Source: Herpetosiphon sp. NSE202 (GTDB taxonomy: Bacteria > Chloroflexota > Chloroflexia > Chloroflexales > Herpetosiphonaceae). From it: a stretch of 64,000 nt of DNA. Below, one piece after another: positions 58,464 through 64,000 of the stretch. The stretch is taken from positions 258,110 through 322,109 of the forward strand of contig NZ_JBHUPY010000007.1 of NCBI RefSeq assembly GCF_042688385.1, read 5' to 3'. The translations under genes and the position numbers were made by a program. The notes under the pieces are model-generated. The model saw nothing but the letters and a program-made list of their open reading frames with translations, did no database searches and was not told where the DNA came from. Numbering within the stretch: position 1 is the first letter of the stretch; each line of letters starts with the position of its first letter.

Positions 58464-59594
58464 ATGCCTCGTCAGCTTTTAACCTATCTTGATGCTTGCC
58501 TGCCGGATCTGTTGGATGAAATGCGTCAATGGATCGAAATTGAGTCGTTTACCCGTGATATTACGGCGGTTTCTTGGATGGTCAATGTGGTTGGCGAGCG
58601 CTTGAGCAAATTGGGCGCAAGTGTGCGCAAATACAACGGCAAACCCCAAGCCGACCATTTGTTGGCCAGCTGGCCCGGCGAGGGCGAGCCAATTCTGATT
58701 GTCGGCCATGTTGATACCGTTTATCCCCCAGGCACAATCGATCAATTTCCCTTCCGCATAGATGGTGATGTTGTGCGTGGGCCAGGCGTGAGCGATATGA
58801 AGGGCTGTATTTTGCTGACCTGCGCCGCCTTGCAAGCCTTACGCCATTTTGGGCGCTGGCCAAGCCGCCCCTTGAAATTTTTGATTACCACCGATGAAGA
58901 AATTGGTAGCCCAACCTCGCGGCGCTATATTGAAGAACAGGCGCGAGGCTGTCGCGCTGCACTGATTATCGAATCGGCGGAAGAGGGCGGCTGGCTCAAA
59001 ACATGGCGCAAAAGTGTCAGCATGTATGATTTGGAGATTACTGGCAAGCCGTCGCACGCTGGCGTTGCCCCTGAGCTTGGCATTAGCGCCATCCATGAAT
59101 TAAGTTATCAGATTGGCCAGATTTTACCATTGGCCCGACCTGATATTGGTACGACGATCAATATTGGCAAAATTAGCGGCGGCACTGCTGCCAATGTGGT
59201 TGCTGCCGCAGCTCATTGCACAATTGACGTACGCGCACTCAAAGTTGGCGAGGCCGAACGCGTCGATCAAGCATTGCATCAGCTAGCGCCGCGCCTCGCT
59301 GGGGCCAAATTAAGCTTGGAAGGTGGCGTGAATCGCCCAGCCATGGAACCAACGCCGGCGACGATGGCCTTATATGCAGCTGCCGAGCAGATTGCCAAGC
59401 AACTCGATTTGCCGATTAAAGCCAGTGGCACTGGCGGCGGCTCGGATGGCAATTTCACCTCGGCGATTGGCGTGCCAACCCTCGATGGCCTTGGTGGCTG
59501 GGGCAGCGATTCGCATAGCTTCGACGAGTGGCTCTCGATCAGTCAATTTGCCCCTCGCGCTGCCTTGTTGGCGCGTTTGATTGAAACGTTGTAG
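58464..59594 (+). CDS. M20 family metallopeptidase / deacylase (ArgE/DapE/CPG2-like)
   Basis: ..LIVGHVDTV.. ..GVSDMKG.. ..TDEEIGS.. The dimerisation and lid domain is present. Confidence 0.8.
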   Translation: MPRQLLTYLDACLPDLLDEMRQWIEIESFTRDITAVSWMVNVVGERLSKLGASVRKYNGKPQADHLLASWPGEGEPILIVGHVDTVYPPGTIDQFPFRIDGDVVRGPGVSDMKGCILLTCAALQALRHFGRWPSRPLKFLITTDEEIGSPTSRRYIEEQARGCRAALIIESAEEGGWLKTWRKSVSMYDLEITGKPSHAGVAPELGISAIHELSYQIGQILPLARPDIGTTINIGKISGGTAANVVAAAAHCTIDVRALKVGEAERVDQALHQLAPRLAGAKLSLEGGVNRPAMEPTPATMALYAAAEQIAKQLDLPIKASGTGGGSDGNFTSAIGVPTLDGLGGWGSDSHSFDEWLSISQFAPRAALLARLIETL

Positions 59595-59599
59595 GTATA

Positions 59600-60000
59600 A
59601 AAGAACATAGAGCATAGAGCGAAAGGATGAAGGATGAGGGATGAATTATGAAGTTTAACGCAGAGGCGCAGAGAAGTTGTGGCTCTAGGCTATGTGTATT
59701 GGTACATGAGGTTAACCACCGCCTGATCCCCTCACCCCAACCCCTCGCCCGTCCGACGGGCGAGGGGCTTTAACGCCGTGGTTCTTGCGCAATACGTCAG
59801 TAAAAACCAGTGCTCCCCTCGCCCGCGTTCAGTGGGAGAGGGGCTGGGGTGAGGGCATGGATGTCATTGCCAATCCAATGAACCATTACATAGAGCCTAT
59901 AGCCTCACTTCGCGTCCTTCGCGATCTTCGCGGTTTCAGAATCGCCCATCCTAGAGCCTAGAGCCTAGAGCCTCACTTCGTGTCCTTCGTGGATCATATT
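59600..60000. repeat. Mosaic intergenic repeat cluster H including a MITE-like palindrome (59726-59856)
   Basis: gaacatagagcatagagc, ggatgaaggatgagggatgaa, ttaacgcagaggcgcagag, the palindrome cccctcaccccaacccctcgcccgtccgacgggcgagggg .. cccctcgcccgcgttcagtgggagaggggctggggtgaggg, aatgaaccattaca, tagagcc x3, cttcgcg/cttcgtg words. Confidence 0.8.
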
Positions 60001-60013
60001 CAGGAGCAAAACA

Positions 60014-60475
60014 ATGGCAGGCTACACAGTTAACATCGAATGGGAGCGCAAGGCGGCTTCATTTAGCGACGGCAAGGATAGCCGCGCTCATCGTTGGATT
60101 TTTGATGGCGGCCAGGTTGTGCCAGGCTCTTCGTCGCCGCATGTCGTGCCGCTGCCCTACTCCGACGAACAGGCGGTGGATCCTGAGGAAGCCTTTGTGG
60201 CCGCCTTATCAAGCTGTCATATGCTCTGGTTTTTATCAATCGTGGCCGAAGCAGGCTTTGTCGTCGATCACTATGCCGATCAGGCGCTGGGCAAAATGGG
60301 CAAAAATAGCGCTGGCAAAATCGTCATGAGCAAAGTAACCTTGCGCCCAAGCATAACCTGGGTCGAGCCAGCACCCAGTGCCGAGCAAATCGAGTACTTC
60401 CATCATCAAGCTCACGATAAATGCTTTCTGGCCAACTCAGTCTATACCGAAATTAGCATCGAACCACAAGCCTAA
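60014..60475 (+). CDS. OsmC/Ohr family protein
   Basis: 153 aa. ..PEEAFVAALSSCHMLWFLSIVAE.. carries an OsmC-type Cys. Confidence 0.7.
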   Translation: MAGYTVNIEWERKAASFSDGKDSRAHRWIFDGGQVVPGSSSPHVVPLPYSDEQAVDPEEAFVAALSSCHMLWFLSIVAEAGFVVDHYADQALGKMGKNSAGKIVMSKVTLRPSITWVEPAPSAEQIEYFHHQAHDKCFLANSVYTEISIEPQA

Positions 60476-61872
60476 CGCAACAGTTGATCAAATTCCTGAG
60501 CGGCTTCATGCATTTTGCCTTGTGGCTCGCTCAGGCTCCATTCGCGCCATTGCTGGCCAAACGGCTGATCAACAAACCAACACAAGGCCTGCACCTGCGG
60601 ATTGGCGCTCACTTCGCGCAGCGCATTGCTCAGCCACCCATTGGGATAATTCTCCAGCGGCGTTTGGCCTTGCTCAGGGTGAAACGTGTTGGTAGCCGTG
60701 ATATACACCGGACGATTGGCCATACTCGGGTAACGATTGATAATCGCCAACCAATCGCGATAAACCCGAAATCCGCGCTGGGCCTTGCCCGATTGCGCCA
60801 GATAGAGATCGCGTAATGGCTCTTGGGCAGGGTCGGCGCGCTGTTCGGGCCAGCCAAACGTACTGACCGCAAAGCCATCAGGCGCAACATTAATTTGCTG
60901 CGCATGCTTCAAACGAATCGTTTGATCAAGCAACAGCAACAAACTATTAAAATAATTGAGCCATGGTTGATTTAGCGGATCAGCCCAAGCGCCATCTGCA
61001 TCGTTGCTCCAAGGCCGTACTGCCCCGACCAACAATTTGAGCTGCGGATTCAAGCCGCGCATAGTTTCAATCACATTATCGTGGCGCTCGACGGCAACAC
61101 CATAACCAACCAGCATCCGCGCAACCCAAGCAGGAGTTAATGGTTCTTGGGTCAGGGTATTTTCGCCAACACTATTGTAGCCATTGCCAATGCTATAGCC
61201 ATAAACCGCCTGCAAGCGTTGATCATGGGCTAGGCGCTGGCAAAAACGCAAAAAAATCGCCAAGGCAGTTTCATCATTATTCGGCGGCAAACTTTGGCCT
61301 TGATCGTAGGCAACCCGAATAATCACCCGCAAGCCAGCTTTATGCGCTGCCGCCACCCGCGAGGCTAGGGCATCGATGCTCCATTGGCTCTCATCGGCAC
61401 GCAACGCATAGGCCAATTCAATCGTCCAAGCTGCGCGGCCATGCCAATCGCGCTCAGGATTGGCGAAGACAGCGCCCAACAAGGTGCTTTGGCGTGGCAT
61501 CGGCGTTGGCACAGGCTGGCCCAGCATCAAACTGCCACGCTCTTGGCAACCACGATCACAATCGTGATAAAAACGAATATCAGCTTGGGTCAAATTGCCT
61601 GTTGTGTTCCAGCGCCATGTCCATGGGTCGCTGCCAGTGGCAAATTGCTGATCGCGGCTCAACGTCGTGCCATCAAGCGTCAAGGCCACATAGACCCAAG
61701 GCTGGTTATCACGCACATAGACCCATTGCTGATTTTCGGCATCGCGCTCGAACCAAATTTGGGGCCAGCCAGCCTGTTGGTTGGTCTGAAGCACCAAATT
61801 ACCGTCAATTGGCAAGAGCCAGTAGATGATTGAACCAAGAACGAGTAGGCTAAGCCAACGCCATTTAGTCAT
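60472..61872 (-). CDS. Membrane-anchored hypothetical protein, possibly a glycoside-hydrolase-like TIM barrel. Third gene of the two-component operon.
   Basis: N-terminal TM ..WRWLSLLVLGSIIYWLL.. The start is ATG 61872 after GGTGGA, overlapping the histidine kinase stop (translational coupling). Confidence 0.5.
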   Translation of the reverse strand: MTKWRWLSLLVLGSIIYWLLPIDGNLVLQTNQQAGWPQIWFERDAENQQWVYVRDNQPWVYVALTLDGTTLSRDQQFATGSDPWTWRWNTTGNLTQADIRFYHDCDRGCQERGSLMLGQPVPTPMPRQSTLLGAVFANPERDWHGRAAWTIELAYALRADESQWSIDALASRVAAAHKAGLRVIIRVAYDQGQSLPPNNDETALAIFLRFCQRLAHDQRLQAVYGYSIGNGYNSVGENTLTQEPLTPAWVARMLVGYGVAVERHDNVIETMRGLNPQLKLLVGAVRPWSNDADGAWADPLNQPWLNYFNSLLLLLDQTIRLKHAQQINVAPDGFAVSTFGWPEQRADPAQEPLRDLYLAQSGKAQRGFRVYRDWLAIINRYPSMANRPVYITATNTFHPEQGQTPLENYPNGWLSNALREVSANPQVQALCWFVDQPFGQQWREWSLSEPQGKMHEAAQEFDQLLR

Positions 61873-62677
61873 AGGGCAAAATCCACCATACATTCGTGCC
61901 AGTCGGCGGGCTGGTGCTACTTTCAAGCTGCAAGCTGCTATGATGGCGGGCCAAAATCTGTTTGACCAAGCTCAAGCCCAAGCCGCTGCCTTGATTATCC
62001 AGCACGCCACGATACAATGGCTCAGTTACATGCGGCAAATCAGCGGTGGCGATGCCTGGCCCACTATCTTCAACACTACAACGCAACCCTTGCTCGCTCG
62101 CAGCAACTCGCACCAGCACCCGATCGCCAGCCCGACAATAGCGCAAACAATTGATCAGCAAATTTAACCAAACTTGTTTTAAGCGATCAGGATGAGCTAA
62201 AACACGCTTATGCGTTGGGTCGGCCTCAAATTGTAATTCAATTTGGGCTTCATCAGCCATCACCCAAATACTGGCAAGCGCTTCTTCGGCCAGCAGCGCC
62301 ACATTAACTGGCACTAGCGGTAATTCTTCGCTCAATTCTAAACGATGCAATTCCAACAGATCGCGCACCAGGCGCGCCATACGTTGGGCTTCGCGTTCCA
62401 ACGTCAGCAACGAATGGTCGCGCACCGTTTGCTCGCTTTGTTGGTTGCGCACAATTGCGGTATGGGCTAAAAGCGCGGTCAACGGTGTGCGCAATTCATG
62501 CGAAAGCGTGCCGATAAAGGCCCGATGTTGGGCAATTTGCTGGCGCAAGATTGGGTCAGCAGTGTGTTGAATAATCGGGCGCTTGCCGCGCTGACCCAGC
62601 CACCAGCCAAGACTAGCGACCAACCATAGCAACAGCAAGCTACCAAAAAGCATGGCTTTGAGCGGCAGCACAATCAT
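61865..62677 (-). CDS. Sensor histidine kinase (short sensor, HisKA plus HATPase_c)
   Basis: N-terminal TM. ..GTLSHELRTPLTAL.. is the H-box. ..VEDSGPGI.. and ..GSGLGLSLV.. are the G-boxes. Confidence 0.85.
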   Translation of the reverse strand: MIVLPLKAMLFGSLLLLWLVASLGWWLGQRGKRPIIQHTADPILRQQIAQHRAFIGTLSHELRTPLTALLAHTAIVRNQQSEQTVRDHSLLTLEREAQRMARLVRDLLELHRLELSEELPLVPVNVALLAEEALASIWVMADEAQIELQFEADPTHKRVLAHPDRLKQVWLNLLINCLRYCRAGDRVLVRVAASEQGLRCSVEDSGPGIATADLPHVTEPLYRGVLDNQGSGLGLSLVKQILARHHSSLQLESSTSPPTGTNVWWILPYD

Positions 62678-63366
62678 GGTTCACACTTCAAGCGATAGCC
62701 AAACCCACGCACCGTCTGAATTGGGTCGGCACTAGGATCAAGTTGGTTGATTTTAGCACGTAAGCGTTGCACACATACATCAACAATTCGCGAATCGCCC
62801 AAAAAATTGGTGCCCCAAACGGTTTGCAACAAGGCCAAACGACCCCAAACATGGCTCGGCTGACGCATTAATTGCAATAAAACGCCACTTTCTTTGGGAG
62901 TTAATTCAAGCAATTGTTCATCCCACCATGCGCGCTGCAATTCGCAATCAAAGCGTAATTTGCCGCATTCCAATGCGCCAAGCGTTTCGCGTTGATGTTG
63001 AGCCAAGCGCAAAATTGCTCGTACTCGCGCCAATAATTCAACGGGCGCAAACGGCTTGGTCAGATAATCATCAGCGCCAACCGTCAGGCCTTCAACCCGA
63101 TCATGCAATTCATCACGGGCCGAAAGCATCAAAATTGGCACATATTGACTGCTCTGACGAATTTGGCGACAGAGTTCAAAGCCATCACCATCGGGCAACA
63201 TTAAATCGAGAATCACCAAGCTTGGGGGATTAAATGCCTGCAATTGGGCCCGCGCCTGAGCCACACTTGCAGCCTGAGCAATCTCATAACCTGCTTGCTC
63301 CAACAGGGTGCTCACCCCACTTAAAATTGCTGGATCATCATCGACAATCAGGATGCGACCACTCAT
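62674..63366 (-). CDS. OmpR/PhoB family response regulator
   Basis: MSGRILIVDDDPAILSG..LVILDLMLPDGDGFEL.. is the receiver domain. The C-terminal winged helix reads ..LRRLRAKI..VRGFGYRL.. Confidence 0.85.
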   Translation of the reverse strand: MSGRILIVDDDPAILSGVSTLLEQAGYEIAQAASVAQARAQLQAFNPPSLVILDLMLPDGDGFELCRQIRQSSQYVPILMLSARDELHDRVEGLTVGADDYLTKPFAPVELLARVRAILRLAQHQRETLGALECGKLRFDCELQRAWWDEQLLELTPKESGVLLQLMRQPSHVWGRLALLQTVWGTNFLGDSRIVDVCVQRLRAKINQLDPSADPIQTVRGFGYRLKCEP

Positions 63367-63446
63367 AGCCCAAAACCTCCAAACTGTTGCATAGGGCTAT
63401 TTTAGCCATAAAAGCGCACTCTCAGCAGCGCATCAGCGCTTTATCA

Positions 63447-63465
63447 GCCAATTGTTACCTAATTG
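63447..63465. promoter_or_regulatory. Direct repeat TTGTTAC-N4-TTGTTAC (11-bp periodicity), a candidate OmpR-family binding site about 80 bp upstream of the response-regulator start
   Basis: aattgttacctaattgttaca. The 7 plus 4 spacing is typical of PhoB/OmpR-type boxes. Confidence 0.35.
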
Positions 63466-63562
63466 TTACACAAGGGTGCTAGGCAGCTGCGTAGGAAGTT
63501 GCTACAATAATTAGTGAGGGGTGCGAACTAGTGTGTGGAAGTGATATGTGGTGGTTGATCGG

Positions 63563-63586
63563 GTAGCATTGCTACCCTTTTTTAAT
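63563..63586 (+). terminator. Hairpin gggtagc attg ctaccc followed by tttttt, a candidate intrinsic terminator on the + strand
   Basis: Read directly. It follows a candidate promoter (TAGGCA-N17-TACAAT, 63474-63508). Confidence 0.4.
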
Positions 63587-63589
63587 TTA

Positions 63590-63850
63590 ATCCACGAAGG
63601 ATACGAACCTGAGAAACCGCGAAGAGCGCGAAGGTCGCGAAATTTTCTCATTCCCTCGTCCGTACATTGCATCCTTCATTCCTCATCCTTCATATTTTTG
63701 AAGCTCTGCGCCTCTGCATTAAATGCGTACTCTATTTTGCTTTTTGACTTTTGATTTCTGCCTTTTCACTTTTAAAAAGGGATCAGGCTTGATGGAATAC
63801 ATCCTCCAAAGCCTAATCCCTTTTGCTTTTTGATTTCTGACTTTTGACCT
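63590..63850. repeat. Mosaic intergenic repeat cluster I
   Basis: ccacgaaggatacgaa, cgcgaag x3, catccttcattcctcatccttcat, ctctgcgcctctgcattaaa, ttttgacttttgatttctgcc, gggatcagg, ttttgatttctgacttttgacc. Confidence 0.8.
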
Positions 63851-63855
63851 TTAAC

Positions 63856-64000
63856 TTATGCTTGCAACTCGCGCAAGGTTTGGAAGTCTTCGTCACTCAA
63901 AGCAATCTTTTCAGCGCCCAGATTTTCTTCGAGGTGCTTGATTTTCGAGGTACCAGGAATTGGCAAAATCACTGGTGAGCGTTTGAGCAACCAAGCCAAG
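63856..64000 (-). CDS. Aldo/keto reductase, C-terminal fragment (gene continues beyond the window end)
   Basis: The reverse-strand translation ..[39 protein letters not shown] is the classic AKR C-terminal signature. Confidence 0.7.
   Translation of the reverse strand, partial: LAWLLKRSPVILPIPGTSKIKHLEENLGAEKIALSDEDFQTLRELQA

Overview
Bacterial chromosomal window with about 50-55% GC. The gene content and the style of the intergenic repeats suggest a Chloroflexi-type genome such as Herpetosiphon, but that is a guess. Most of it is housekeeping core genome:
- an rpoD sigma factor;
- a Firmicutes-like rpmB / asp23 / fakA / fakB / fakB block;
- mrp and moaA;
- murJ, an LmbE-type deacetylase and lipB;
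- lgt;
- an FTR1 plus imelysin iron-uptake pair;
- a conserved nusA-ylxR-infB-rbfA-nrnA-truB operon;
- tkt and rpiB;
- an OmpR-type two-component system;
- assorted hydrolases, proteases and hypothetical proteins.
Three things stand out.
(1) Nearly every operon boundary (9 loci) carries a modular mosaic repeat built from short tandemly reiterated words. Several copies contain a ~105-140 bp palindromic MITE-like element.
(2) A low-GC island at about 43980-48270 encodes a Zn-ribbon membrane protein, a TerY-like vWA protein, a transmembrane PP2C phosphatase and a transmembrane eukaryotic-like Ser/Thr kinase. This is a TerY-P-type phospho-signalling triad.
(3) A gene at 27676-29055 fuses a conserved N-terminal Cys/His-motif domain to a Pro/Gln/Tyr-rich linker and a C-terminal tail with about 29 Cys in about 60 residues, resembling metallothionein.
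Other points:
- a nucleotidyltransferase gene is interrupted by an in-frame TGA;
- there are candidate operator, attenuator and terminator structures, each with a 0.25-0.7 confidence in the feature list;
- a candidate 70-nt sRNA precedes the two-component operon.
No CRISPR arrays, rRNA or tRNA genes were recognised. All calls rest on reading the six-frame translations and the nucleotide sequence directly. No database searches were run.
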